From positions 9,766 through 73,765 of the forward strand of contig JAFUIN010000018.1 in assembly GCA_017468465.1 (NCBI GenBank): 64,000 nt of DNA. The letters are read 5' to 3'. The notes under the pieces are model-generated. The model saw nothing but the letters and a program-made list of their open reading frames with translations. It was not told the DNA's origin and searched no databases. The translations under genes were made by a program, and so were the position numbers. Below are positions 18,893-27,954 of the stretch, in pieces (the stretch's first letter is position 1; each line of letters opens with the position of its first letter). The stretch comes from Clostridia bacterium (lineage in GTDB: Bacteria; Bacillota; Clostridia; UMGS1840).

Positions 18893-19096
18893 ATACCTTC
18901 CTCTTTTCCAAATAAAAAATGCGCCAACCGAAGTTGACGCATAAAAATGTATAACTTCGGTACTGTTGCGACACAGTCTGTTCTAAAACAGGATGAACTA
19001 CCAAAGCATACATTTTTAACAAAAGTATGCCCTGTTTTAGAACAATATTCAGCTGCGTCGCAAATATATTGTAACACAGTTTCAGATGAAAAACAA
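18893..19096 (-). promoter_or_regulatory. Promoter plus about 170-nt structured leader with terminator/antiterminator (cassette A)
   Basis: TTGTTT(19091-96)-17-TGT-TACAAT(19068-73). About 98-nt compound hairpin 19063-18966, including a perfect 13-bp inverted repeat (18980-92 / 19031-43). Antiterminator 18953-61/18927-35. Terminator GCGUCAAC-UUCG-GUUGGCGC plus AUUUUUUAUUU at 18910-18940. Confidence 0.5.
19057..19087 (-). repeat. 31-bp direct repeat, copy 2
   Basis: GTCGCAAATATATTGTAACACAGTTTCAGAT; see copy 1. Confidence 0.9.
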
Positions 19097-19210
19097 GCTT
19101 TTTTATATTTTTTTCATAAAAATTGGGTAACTGCTTTCCAGTGACATTACCTGTTTTCACAAAATTTGCGGAATTTGTGGAATCTGCCACTACAATTTCC
19201 CTGATTTTGC

Positions 19211-19239
19211 TTGACAAAATTTTCCCCTTATGCTATGAT
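19211..19239 (+). promoter_or_regulatory. Predicted leu operon promoter
   Basis: TTGACA, 17-nt spacer, TGC-TATGAT. Confidence 0.6.
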
Positions 19240-19274
19240 GAAATCAAATATGATACGAATTGGAGATTGTCTCT

Positions 19275-19367
19275 ATGATGCAATTTACGGCAAACTTATT
19301 TTTCCTGTACTGCATTACCTTGTTGTTATGTTTGGGTAATGCTGTTTGCCGTGCAACCGAAAGATAA
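19275..19367 (+). CDS. Candidate leucine-rich leader peptide (30 aa)
   Basis: GGAGA lies 8 nt upstream. Sequence MMQFTANLFFLYCITLLLCLGNAVCRATER has 6 Leu including LLL-C-L. Sits between the promoter and a terminator just upstream of leuA. Confidence 0.45.
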   Translation: MMQFTANLFFLYCITLLLCLGNAVCRATER

Positions 19368-19390
19368 TCTCTTTTTGAAGGCTATAAAAA

Positions 19391-19434
19391 AGAGTCTGCG
19401 GTTGTATCTGATTGCAACAGCAGGCTTTTTCTTT
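19391..19434 (+). terminator. Leader (attenuator) terminator upstream of leuA
   Basis: Stem 19391-19404 / 19415-19428 (about 11 bp plus AU/GU pairs, one mismatch) followed by TTTTTCTTT. CAACCG at 19354-59 can pair with CGGTTG at 19399-404 as an antiterminator. Confidence 0.55.
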
Positions 19435-19465
19435 ATATAATATTTTTTAAGAAGGAGTGAGAACT

Positions 19466-20968
19466 ATGGCAAAATGTGTGAAAATTTTTGACACAACCTT
19501 GCGCGACGGAGAACAGTCTCCCGGCTGCAGTATGAACCTAACCGAAAAAATTGAGGTGGCTCGTCAGTTAGAACTGTTAAAGGTGGACATCATTGAAGCC
19601 GGCTTTGCCATTGCCTCTCCTATGGATTTTGAATCGGTAAAAGCAATTTCCGGCGCAGTAAAGGATGCAACCGTGGCAAGTTTGGCGCGTGCAACCTATA
19701 AAGATATTGATGCGGCATACGAGGCAGTAAAAGATGCAGTAAGCCCCCGTATTCACACCTTTATTGCAACTTCTCCCATTCATATGCAATACAAGTTGAA
19801 AATGAAAGAAGAAGAGGTAATTGAACGGGTAAAAGAAATGGTTTCCTATGCCAAAAAATACTGTTCTGATGTGGAATTTTCTGCAGAAGATGCTTCCCGC
19901 AGTGACAAAGCCTTTTTAGCCAAAGTGATTGAAACTGCCATTTCAGCCGGTGCCACCACTGTGAACATTCCCGACACGGTGGGATATTCTACCCCTGATG
20001 AATTTGCGGCGTATATCACCTACTTAAAAGAACAGGTTCCGAATATAGAAAAAGCAGATATTTCTGTTCATTGCCACAACGATTTGGGAATGGCAGTTGC
20101 CAACTCTTTAGCAGCAGTCAAAGCCGGTGCAACCCAAGTGGAATGTACCGTAAACGGTATTGGAGAACGTGCCGGAAACACCTCTCTGGAAGAAGTGGTA
20201 ATGGGCATTCAAACCCGAAAAGATTACTACGATGCAGCAACCAACATCAATACCCGTCAGATTTACAGAAGTGCGAAGCTGATTTCTGCCATTACCGGTG
20301 TGAGCATCCCCCCCAATAAAGCCATTACCGGTGCCAATGCCTTTGCGCACGAATCGGGCATTCACCAGCATGGAATGCTCCAGAATCGGCAAACCTACGA
20401 AATTATGACGCCGGAATCTATCGGGAAGCCTGCCATTCAGATGGTTTTGGGAAAACATTCGGGCAGACACGCTTTTGAAGAACGTCTCCAGATTTTAGGC
20501 TATCAACTGACCAAAGAAGAACTGGACTGCACCTTTGAGCATTTCAAACTGTTGGCTGATAAGAAAAAATCTATTACCGACCGTGACATCGAAGCTTTGC
20601 TTGCCAACAAAAAGGTGCAGATTCACGAAACCTATACACTGGAGCGGTTTGTTATCAATTCGGGTAACACCATTACCTCCACCGCTATGATTAAAGTAAA
20701 ATGTGGGGATGATTTCATCGAAAAGGTGGCAACCGGTGACGGTCCCATTGATGCGGCATTCAAGACCATCAATCAGATTACCGAAAAGAATTTTATTTTG
20801 AATGACTATGTAATTCACGCTGTTACCGAAGGCGAAGATGCGTTGGGCGAAGCGGTGGTGAAGCTCCATCTTGACGGCAAAAAAGCAACCGGCAGAGCCA
20901 TCAGCACCGACATTGTGGAAGCAAGTATTAAAGCCTACTTAAATGGCGTAAACAAACTGATTGTGTAA
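19466..20968 (+). CDS. leuA: 2-isopropylmalate synthase
   Basis: About 500 aa with [11 protein letters not shown] and HxH motifs and a C-terminal LeuA dimerisation/regulatory domain. ATG 19466 lies 8 nt after AAGGAG. Confidence 0.9.
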   Translation: MAKCVKIFDTTLRDGEQSPGCSMNLTEKIEVARQLELLKVDIIEAGFAIASPMDFESVKAISGAVKDATVASLARATYKDIDAAYEAVKDAVSPRIHTFIATSPIHMQYKLKMKEEEVIERVKEMVSYAKKYCSDVEFSAEDASRSDKAFLAKVIETAISAGATTVNIPDTVGYSTPDEFAAYITYLKEQVPNIEKADISVHCHNDLGMAVANSLAAVKAGATQVECTVNGIGERAGNTSLEEVVMGIQTRKDYYDAATNINTRQIYRSAKLISAITGVSIPPNKAITGANAFAHESGIHQHGMLQNRQTYEIMTPESIGKPAIQMVLGKHSGRHAFEERLQILGYQLTKEELDCTFEHFKLLADKKKSITDRDIEALLANKKVQIHETYTLERFVINSGNTITSTAMIKVKCGDDFIEKVATGDGPIDAAFKTINQITEKNFILNDYVIHAVTEGEDALGEAVVKLHLDGKKATGRAISTDIVEASIKAYLNGVNKLIV

Positions 20969-20987
20969 GAAAGGGTGACTTTCCCCT

Positions 20988-22247
20988 ATGGGTATGACAA
21001 TGACACAAAAAATTCTGGCACATCACGCAGGGTTAGACTCTGTTGTGCCGGGGCAGCTCGTTATGGCAAAGCTGGATCTGGTACTGGCAAACGATATTAC
21101 TGCTCCGGTTGCCATTAAGGAATTTGAAAAAGCAGGATTAACCTCTGTGTTTCATAAAGACAAAATTGTCTTGGTAATGGACCATTTTTGTCCCAATAAA
21201 GATATTAAAGCGGCAGAACAGGCAATGATTAGCCGCAATTTTTCCAAAAAACACGGCATCACCCACTTTTTTGATGTGGGAGAGATGGGCATTGAACACG
21301 CTTTGCTTCCCGAAAAAGGCTTGGTAAAGCCCGGAGATCTGGTCATTGGTGCCGATTCTCACACCTGTACCTACGGCGCCCTGAATGCCTTCTCCACCGG
21401 AGTGGGCTCCACCGATATGGCGGCGGGGATGGCAACAGGAGAGGCTTGGTTCAAAGTACCCGATGCCATCAAGGTAGAGCTTAGCGGCACACTTCCCCCT
21501 TATGTGACAGGAAAAGATGTGATTCTTCACCTGATTGGGAAAATCGGCGTAGACGGAGCATTATATCAGTCGCTGGAATTTATGGGAGAAGGGGTTCGCA
21601 GTCTTTCCATAGATGACCGCCTCACCATTTCCAATATGGCGATTGAAGCAGGGGCAAAAAATGGCATTTTCCCCTTTGACGAAGTGACAAAGGAATACTT
21701 AAAAGATAAAGTCACCTCATACACCACCTATGCCCCCGATGAAGATGCCACCTATTCTCAATGTGTTAGCATCCATTTAAGTGAATTAAAGCCAACGGTT
21801 TCGTTCCCTCATCTTCCTGAAAATACAAAAACTCCGGAAGAATTTGGAGAAATTAAAATTCATCAGGTAGTCATCGGCTCCTGCACCAATGGAAGATTAT
21901 CCGACTTAAGACAGGCATATGAAATCTTAAACGGCAAAAAAGTGCATCCCGATGTTCGTTGCATCATTATTCCTGCAACGCAGAAAATTTACTTAGAAGC
22001 AATGGAACAAGGCTACTTAAAAGCCTTTATTGAAGCGGGTGCGGTGGTGTCTACCCCCACTTGCGGCCCCTGTCTTGGCGGACATATGGGAATTTTAGCA
22101 GCCGGGGAACGCTGTGTTGCCACCACCAACCGAAATTTTGTGGGCAGAATGGGACACACCGACTCCGAAGTCTATCTGGCAAGCCCCTACGTTGCGGCAC
22201 AAAGTGCTGTGGACGGTATCTTAAGCTGTCCGCTTAAATTTGCTTAA
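20988..22247 (+). CDS. leuC: 3-isopropylmalate dehydratase large subunit
   Basis: 419 aa, aconitase family with Cys ligands (GSCTNG, CGPCLG). Start could also be ATG 20994 or 21000. Confidence 0.9.
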   Translation: MGMTMTQKILAHHAGLDSVVPGQLVMAKLDLVLANDITAPVAIKEFEKAGLTSVFHKDKIVLVMDHFCPNKDIKAAEQAMISRNFSKKHGITHFFDVGEMGIEHALLPEKGLVKPGDLVIGADSHTCTYGALNAFSTGVGSTDMAAGMATGEAWFKVPDAIKVELSGTLPPYVTGKDVILHLIGKIGVDGALYQSLEFMGEGVRSLSIDDRLTISNMAIEAGAKNGIFPFDEVTKEYLKDKVTSYTTYAPDEDATYSQCVSIHLSELKPTVSFPHLPENTKTPEEFGEIKIHQVVIGSCTNGRLSDLRQAYEILNGKKVHPDVRCIIIPATQKIYLEAMEQGYLKAFIEAGAVVSTPTCGPCLGGHMGILAAGERCVATTNRNFVGRMGHTDSEVYLASPYVAAQSAVDGILSCPLKFA

Positions 22248-22259
22248 GGAGATGGTAGC

Positions 22260-22742
22260 ATGATTTTTGGCACAGTACATAAATATGGCGATAATGTTGA
22301 TACCGATGTCATTATCCCTGCAAGATACTTAAACACATCGGACCCGGAAGAACTGAAACAGCACTGTATGGAGGATATCGACAAGGAGTTTGTCCAAAAG
22401 GTGACTCCCGGTGATGTCATAGTTGCCGAGAAAAATTTTGGCTGCGGCTCCTCCAGAGAACATGCTCCCATTGCTATTAAAGCAAGTGGGATTTCACTGG
22501 TAGTTGCCAAAAGCTTTGCCCGCATTTTCTACCGCAACGCCATCAATATCGGGCTTCCCATTGTAGAATGCAGTGAGGCAGTAGATCACATCCAATCTGG
22601 CGACACCGTAAGCTGCGATTTGGAAAAGGGCGTTCTGACCATCGAAAATAAAGGCCTCACCTTTTCCATCCCCCCTTTTCCGAAGGAAATTCAGGCAATC
22701 ATAGAAAAGGGCGGCTTGCTTGCCAGCATCAAAGGAGAATGA
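22260..22742 (+). CDS. leuD: 3-isopropylmalate dehydratase small subunit
   Basis: 160 aa, aconitase swivel domain (GCGSSREHA). Confidence 0.9.
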   Translation: MIFGTVHKYGDNVDTDVIIPARYLNTSDPEELKQHCMEDIDKEFVQKVTPGDVIVAEKNFGCGSSREHAPIAIKASGISLVVAKSFARIFYRNAINIGLPIVECSEAVDHIQSGDTVSCDLEKGVLTIENKGLTFSIPPFPKEIQAIIEKGGLLASIKGE

Positions 22743-22746
22743 AAAT

Positions 22747-23814
22747 ATGAACTATAATATTGCAGTCATCCGTGGAGACGGCATTGGTCCGGAGGTTGTG
22801 GCAGAAGCGATTAAGGTGCTTCAAAAAATCGGCTCCGTATATGGACACAACTTTACCTTCACTGATGTTTTAATGGGTGGAATTGCATACGATCAAACAG
22901 GCTCTCCACTCCCACAGGAAACCATAGAAATCTGTAAAAGCTCGGATTCCGTTTTGTTGGGTGCGGTAGGCGGTCCGAAATGGGACAGCTTACCTGGTGA
23001 TAAACGTCCTGAAGCGGGGCTCCTGGGCATCCGAAAAGCGTTGAATCTGTACGCCAATATTCGTCCGGCAGTATTATTTCCTGCCTTAAAAGAAGCCTCC
23101 CCCCTTAAGGAAGAGCTGGTGAAAAACGGCATCAATATTTATGTGGTCAGAGAACTGACCGGTGGCATCTATTTTGGGGAACGTGGCAGACGAACCGGAA
23201 CCTTTGGTGAGGAAGCCTACGACACCGATTGCTACGGTGTGGAAGAAATCCGTCGCATTGCAAAAGTTGCTTTTGAAGCAGCAAGAAAACGAAACAAGAA
23301 AGTCACCAGCATCGACAAGGCAAATGTGTTGGAAAATTCCCGTCTTTGGCGTGAGGTTGTGCACGAAGTGGCAAAAGATTATCCGGATGTTACCGTGTCT
23401 GATATGTTAGTAGATAATGCGGCAATGCAGCTGGTGAAAAATCCTGCTCAGTTTGACGTAGTGCTTGCAAATAATATGTTTGGCGACATCTTATCTGATG
23501 AAGCGGCTCAGATTACCGGTTCTATCGGCATTTTGCCCTCTTCCTCACGAGGAGACGGAACACTGGGGCTTTATGAACCGATTCATGGCTCTGCACCCGA
23601 TATTGCCGGAAAAAATATGGCAAATCCCATCGCAACCATTTTGTCTGTTGCCATGATGCTTCGGGATTCCTTCTCTTTAGAGGCAGAGGCAAAAGCAATA
23701 GAAACTGCTGTAGAAACAGTTTTGAATAACGGTCTTCGCACTGCGGATTTGGGCGGAGAAAATCCCATTTCCTGCAGTCAGATGGGAGACGCCATCCGGG
23801 ATGCCATCTTGTAA
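22747..23814 (+). CDS. leuB: 3-isopropylmalate dehydrogenase
   Basis: [17 protein letters not shown] start after AAAGGAGA, plus the [11 protein letters not shown] family motif. Confidence 0.9.
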   Translation: MNYNIAVIRGDGIGPEVVAEAIKVLQKIGSVYGHNFTFTDVLMGGIAYDQTGSPLPQETIEICKSSDSVLLGAVGGPKWDSLPGDKRPEAGLLGIRKALNLYANIRPAVLFPALKEASPLKEELVKNGINIYVVRELTGGIYFGERGRRTGTFGEEAYDTDCYGVEEIRRIAKVAFEAARKRNKKVTSIDKANVLENSRLWREVVHEVAKDYPDVTVSDMLVDNAAMQLVKNPAQFDVVLANNMFGDILSDEAAQITGSIGILPSSSRGDGTLGLYEPIHGSAPDIAGKNMANPIATILSVAMMLRDSFSLEAEAKAIETAVETVLNNGLRTADLGGENPISCSQMGDAIRDAIL

Positions 23815-23826
23815 AGGATTTTTGTT

Positions 23827-24882
23827 ATGGAACTAAAATTAAACGGAAAAAACTACAATTCCAATATTTATATTGAAAAGGAACTCTTAAAAACTGCCGG
23901 TCTGTATGCCAAAAAGCTCACAGACGGGAACGTATTTGTTGTAACTGATTCCAACGTGTTTCCTTTGTATTTTGAAACAGTTCGCACTGCTTTGGAAGAA
24001 CAAGGGCTCAGGGTTTCTTACTACGTTATCCCTGCGGGAGAAGCTTCAAAGTCGCTCTCTATGCTTGGGGTATTGTATGAAGAATGTGTCAAAAACCGCA
24101 TTACCAGAACCGACCTGATTGTAGCATTAGGCGGCGGTGTGGTTGGCGATTTGACAGGATTTTTAGCAGCAACCTATCTTCGTGGTGTTCGTCTGATGCA
24201 AATTCCCACAACATTTCTCGCACAGATTGACTCCTCCGTGGGTGGAAAAACTGCCATTGATTTGCCCTCCGGAAAAAACCTTGTGGGTGCATTTTATCAG
24301 CCCAATGTGGTTCTCATAGATCCGGATACACTCTCAACTCTGTCAGACAAAATTTTTGCTGACGGTATGGCAGAAGCCATTAAATACGGCTGCATCAGAG
24401 ACCGGGAGCTTCTGACGCTGTTAGAATCGCCCAAAGAACATCTTACCCAAATCATTACCCGTTGTGTTACCATCAAAAAAAATGTGGTACAGCAAGATGA
24501 ATTTGACACCGGAGAACGGATGATATTAAACTTTGGGCATACCGTAGGCCACACCATCGAAAAAGCGGGAAACTACATCGAATACACCCACGGTCAGGCG
24601 GTAGCTGTTGGGATGGTGTGTATCGTACAAATAGGGCTGATGCTGGGGAAAATTTCAGAAGAAGAAGCATCGCAAGTTATTTCGCTGATCCGGTCAGCCA
24701 ATCTTCCTCTCTCGGTGCCCTATGATAAAGACGAATGTTTGAAAACCGTCTCTACTGACAAAAAAATGATGGGGGCAACACTGAATGTTGTGTTACCCAA
24801 AGGCCTGGGGGATTGCACCGTGGAGCAATGGAATCCCGATGACTTTGTTAATATGGCAAAAGAAACAGATGTTTTCCTATAA
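23827..24882 (+). CDS. aroB: 3-dehydroquinate synthase
   Basis: 351 aa with GGGVVGDLTGF and SSVGGKTAIDL motifs. Confidence 0.9.
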   Translation: MELKLNGKNYNSNIYIEKELLKTAGLYAKKLTDGNVFVVTDSNVFPLYFETVRTALEEQGLRVSYYVIPAGEASKSLSMLGVLYEECVKNRITRTDLIVALGGGVVGDLTGFLAATYLRGVRLMQIPTTFLAQIDSSVGGKTAIDLPSGKNLVGAFYQPNVVLIDPDTLSTLSDKIFADGMAEAIKYGCIRDRELLTLLESPKEHLTQIITRCVTIKKNVVQQDEFDTGERMILNFGHTVGHTIEKAGNYIEYTHGQAVAVGMVCIVQIGLMLGKISEEEASQVISLIRSANLPLSVPYDKDECLKTVSTDKKMMGATLNVVLPKGLGDCTVEQWNPDDFVNMAKETDVFL

Positions 24883-24886
24883 AAAA

Positions 24887-24926
24887 AGAGGAACAGAAAC
24901 GTAACGCTTCTGTTCCTCTTTTTTTA
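24887..24926. terminator. Bidirectional terminator (aroB / phage-like cluster)
   Basis: 12-bp stem AGAGGAACAGAA/TTCTGTTCCTCT with an A7 run before and a T7 run after. Confidence 0.8.
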
Positions 24927-25118
24927 TTCATTGGGATACATTGCTTCCTTAAGACGCTGTTCCATTCTCTTTACCACAAAGCTTTCCCGTGCTTTTGGAG
25001 GAGCTTTTTTGGTAGGCGTTTTCTCCTTTGCTGCAAGTTGCATAGAAATCCGGTGAAGCAGAAAAAGCTTCATCAGCTCTGTCCCTAACATCACTAACAA
25101 AATCAGAAGTTCTATCAT
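24924..25118 (-). CDS. Small single-TM protein (holin-like size), unknown function
   Basis: 64 aa with a hydrophobic N-terminus (MIELLILLVMLG) and a Lys-rich tail. Its start overlaps the upstream stop (ATGA). Confidence 0.4.
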   Translation of the reverse strand: MIELLILLVMLGTELMKLFLLHRISMQLAAKEKTPTKKAPPKARESFVVKRMEQRLKEAMYPNE

Positions 25119-26905
25119 TTTCTACGCTCCTTTTTCATTTCTAAATACACATTCAGCACCGAAAATTTTTCGGTTTGCCCGACATCAGTCTGCCCCTCAA
25201 TTTCCAAACGGAAAAAATTGCCGGATACATTTGGTGTACACCTGGTTTCTGTAAAATCACTATGAAAATATCGGTGGTTCCACTGCGATTTTCCATAGAT
25301 CAGATGGCTTGTGTTCTCCAGCTTTTCTGCTTTACATTCCTGCTCGGAAGAAAGCTTTACCTCGCAGTCCAGATGATTGAAGCATCCCTTCACTTTCACA
25401 ACCATTTGTGTGCAACGGGCAATTTCGTTTTCATTGACAGAGGGAAGCACCCCAAAACAAACACGATATGAAATCGGCTCATCGGTGTCGGTTTCCGGCT
25501 GATAATCAAAGTGACATTCAGCATCAAATCCTACCACATAGTTCCCACGTCCCAGAAGAAGCCGTCCGCTGTAATCTTCTGCGATGCAGCGGCAGGCAAT
25601 TCCCTCATAGCAGGTAAAGGCACCGGAGGAAACGTGATATATCAATATCTTATCATCCAATACCAGATAATATTTTCCCTGTCTGTAATACGCAAACGCA
25701 TTGTTTGGGGACTGCGGAAGTGTCACCTTTCCCTTTGATAAAAACTTATAAAGCGAGCTGGAGGGAGAATATAGCATTTGAACCGTCAGCATGGAGGAAG
25801 AAAACGACATCAGCTCTCCGTTGGAATAAAAGCTGACACTGCCCGGTGTCAGACAAATTGTGCTTCCGAATTTTGTTCCGTTTGGAACACTTAGTAAGGA
25901 CCATTGCCCATCTTCTGTAGGGTCGGAACCGACATAATGGCTCCAGCCGTATTCATAACAAACCACCACCGATTTTTCCACCACCAAAAGCCCGGTAATT
26001 TTTCCAAGATTCAAGTGGGGGTAAAGCACATTCACTTCTGAAAAGCTGCACCAGTTATTCGGTTCGCTGATATAAAGTGCGGTCGGATTTTTTTTGTTTC
26101 CTGCTGCAAAATAACGCATGGAGGGCGGGTGCCACACAAAATGCTTGCAGGAAAATGCCGTCTGTGTCACCCCCGGTAAATCCAACACATCCGGAAATAT
26201 ATCGGAAAGAGAGGTCATCTCGCTGATAGAAAAAAAGGTGTGCTCATAGTAACCTTTTTTCATATCTACCGTAATTTTGCTCCCTGCCGTATATTTCATA
26301 AAAACTGCACCGCCTATTTTCCCCAATCGGATAAACGGCGCTTGTTTTATCAGCTCATGAATGTTTTCCTTCGATGCGTTGGTGCGGTTGTCGCAGTAAT
26401 ACAACACGCCCGTATCACTGTCTATAATATGATGCCCAAACAAATCAGCCGGAAAGTCTCCGTCTGTGGTGTAGTCATCCTCCAGCTGCTCCAGAAACAG
26501 GCACAAATTCTGAGGCTCCTCCAATGTAATTTCTCCGTCGCATCTGCGATATAAGGGAAGCATGGTTTTTCCGATTCCCCCAAACAAAAAGCCGTAACCG
26601 CCGGTGGTGTGAATTACCTGAATGCCGGAGGCGTGCATTGTCAGATTACAGTTTGTTCCTGCTACCACAATTTCTGCTGTCGGTGCGGTATCCACCAGCA
26701 AAATTTCGTGTCCTTTCGGGCTTAACAGCTTGTGAATGCCTTTTACCTCATTGGAAAAAGGCCCGTAAATCTTTTTGGTTCCGTCACGAACCGTCAGTCC
26801 GCCGTTTTCAATTTCAAAATTACTGATATCCTCCACTTCGTCGCTTTTCATCAGATAAGGGGACTTGCAGTTTACCATTCCACCTGAAAAATCGTAATAA
26901 TCCAT
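25115..26905 (-). CDS. Phage structural protein, possibly a T7 gp12-type tail tubular B / nozzle protein
   Basis: 596 aa, beta-rich. The N-terminal pattern DFSGGM...(N)...GGLTVRDG resembles my recollection of nozzle-protein N-termini (LKGGIS...GLQKRP). Position follows an adaptor-like gene. RBS GGAGGT. Confidence 0.4.
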   Translation of the reverse strand: MDYYDFSGGMVNCKSPYLMKSDEVEDISNFEIENGGLTVRDGTKKIYGPFSNEVKGIHKLLSPKGHEILLVDTAPTAEIVVAGTNCNLTMHASGIQVIHTTGGYGFLFGGIGKTMLPLYRRCDGEITLEEPQNLCLFLEQLEDDYTTDGDFPADLFGHHIIDSDTGVLYYCDNRTNASKENIHELIKQAPFIRLGKIGGAVFMKYTAGSKITVDMKKGYYEHTFFSISEMTSLSDIFPDVLDLPGVTQTAFSCKHFVWHPPSMRYFAAGNKKNPTALYISEPNNWCSFSEVNVLYPHLNLGKITGLLVVEKSVVVCYEYGWSHYVGSDPTEDGQWSLLSVPNGTKFGSTICLTPGSVSFYSNGELMSFSSSMLTVQMLYSPSSSLYKFLSKGKVTLPQSPNNAFAYYRQGKYYLVLDDKILIYHVSSGAFTCYEGIACRCIAEDYSGRLLLGRGNYVVGFDAECHFDYQPETDTDEPISYRVCFGVLPSVNENEIARCTQMVVKVKGCFNHLDCEVKLSSEQECKAEKLENTSHLIYGKSQWNHRYFHSDFTETRCTPNVSGNFFRLEIEGQTDVGQTEKFSVLNVYLEMKKERRK

Positions 26906-26911
26906 AGTGTG

Positions 26912-27442
26912 CTACCTCCACTTCGGTGCTTGAATCGACGCCGGCTTTCTTCTTGCTTTTTTTGTCATACTGCTATGGATTGCCGCACAGTTGTCATAGA
27001 ATTCTTCTACCAGCTTGTCTGCCAGCCGATTGGACGGGTCATCGCTTCGCAACACAGAAAACGCTACATATTTGCATAGCTCTCCTTCATATTCGGGTGC
27101 AACCGGAATATTTTCGTTTTCCGACAAGCGCCCCGAAAACCCTTGATAATAATACACAAGATACTCTCCCTGGTGGGAAACAAACAATCCGATTTCGTCC
27201 AAATGGTATTCCAAATATCGGCTTTTCTCCCGATATATTTTATAAATTCCTTTATTTTGCGGAATAGAGACAGGTGTTTCGGGGTCGCTTACAATCACTC
27301 GCACACACTTTACTGGGCAAGCAGTGGGATACTGTGCAGTTAACAGCAAAAGCCCTTCTGTCAGATAAATATTTGCCAGTGACGTATCAATTTGTTTCCC
27401 AATTAAAACTGATGCCACATCTGCGATTTCTTTTAAGGTCAT
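26912..27442 (-). CDS. Phage structural protein, possibly a gp11-type head-tail adaptor
   Basis: 176 aa. Size, position and loose N-terminal and C-terminal pattern similarity to T7 gp11 as I recall it. RBS AAGGAGG. Confidence 0.35.
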   Translation of the reverse strand: MTLKEIADVASVLIGKQIDTSLANIYLTEGLLLLTAQYPTACPVKCVRVIVSDPETPVSIPQNKGIYKIYREKSRYLEYHLDEIGLFVSHQGEYLVYYYQGFSGRLSENENIPVAPEYEGELCKYVAFSVLRSDDPSNRLADKLVEEFYDNCAAIHSSMTKKARRKPASIQAPKWR

Positions 27443-27466
27443 AGTTTGTCCTCCTTTTTTATAATG

Positions 27467-27859
27467 TTACAGAAAACGGGTGGAAAAAGCTTTATCATCT
27501 ACCCATTCTCTGGATTCGTGAGTGTTCAGATAAGAAAGTACTTCCTTGGTTTTTTCGGAAGATTCCTCTCCGAAGTTTCCCATTGTTTTTTCTAATTTTT
27601 GGTTGTGTTCATCCATTTCCCGAATCAGTCTGTTCATATTGGAAACGGCAGTTTTTCGCACAAGTTCCACGGTTCTTGCATCCAGCTCGGCATAAGGAAC
27701 AGTCAAACAAAAGGTTGTGTGCGGTTGGTCCTTGTGATGCACCTCGAAGGTTTTCTTATGATGATTTCGCACCACAAAATACCCCGCATCAATTTCCAAA
27801 AGCCGTTCCGGAATCTGATACACATTGGTGTTTAATTTGGTTAAATGCGGTTGTAACAT
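27467..27859 (-). CDS. Hypothetical protein of the phage-like cluster
   Basis: 130 aa, RBS AAAGAGGTG, no recognised motif. Confidence 0.5.
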   Translation of the reverse strand: MLQPHLTKLNTNVYQIPERLLEIDAGYFVVRNHHKKTFEVHHKDQPHTTFCLTVPYAELDARTVELVRKTAVSNMNRLIREMDEHNQKLEKTMGNFGEESSEKTKEVLSYLNTHESREWVDDKAFSTRFL

Positions 27860-27874
27860 GTTGCACCTCTTTAT

Positions 27875-27905
27875 AAAAAAAGAAGCTGCGACATTTCGTC
27901 ACAGC
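27875..27905 (-). terminator. Intrinsic terminator immediately after the capsid gene
   Basis: Minus-strand RNA GCUGUGAC-GAAAU-GUCGCAGC (8 bp, one GU pair) followed by UUCUUUUUUU. Confidence 0.6.
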
Positions 27906-27954
27906 CTCTCTCGTTTGGCATTTTTGTTTGCCGCTTGTTTCAAAAATGTCCTGA

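Noticed and set aside
18893-19465. T-box riboswitch upstream of leuA (and of thrS at 46090-46139)
   Set aside because: No T-box consensus (AAUNNGGUGGUACCGCG-like) or specifier-loop architecture is visible. The thrS upstream gap is only 50 nt.
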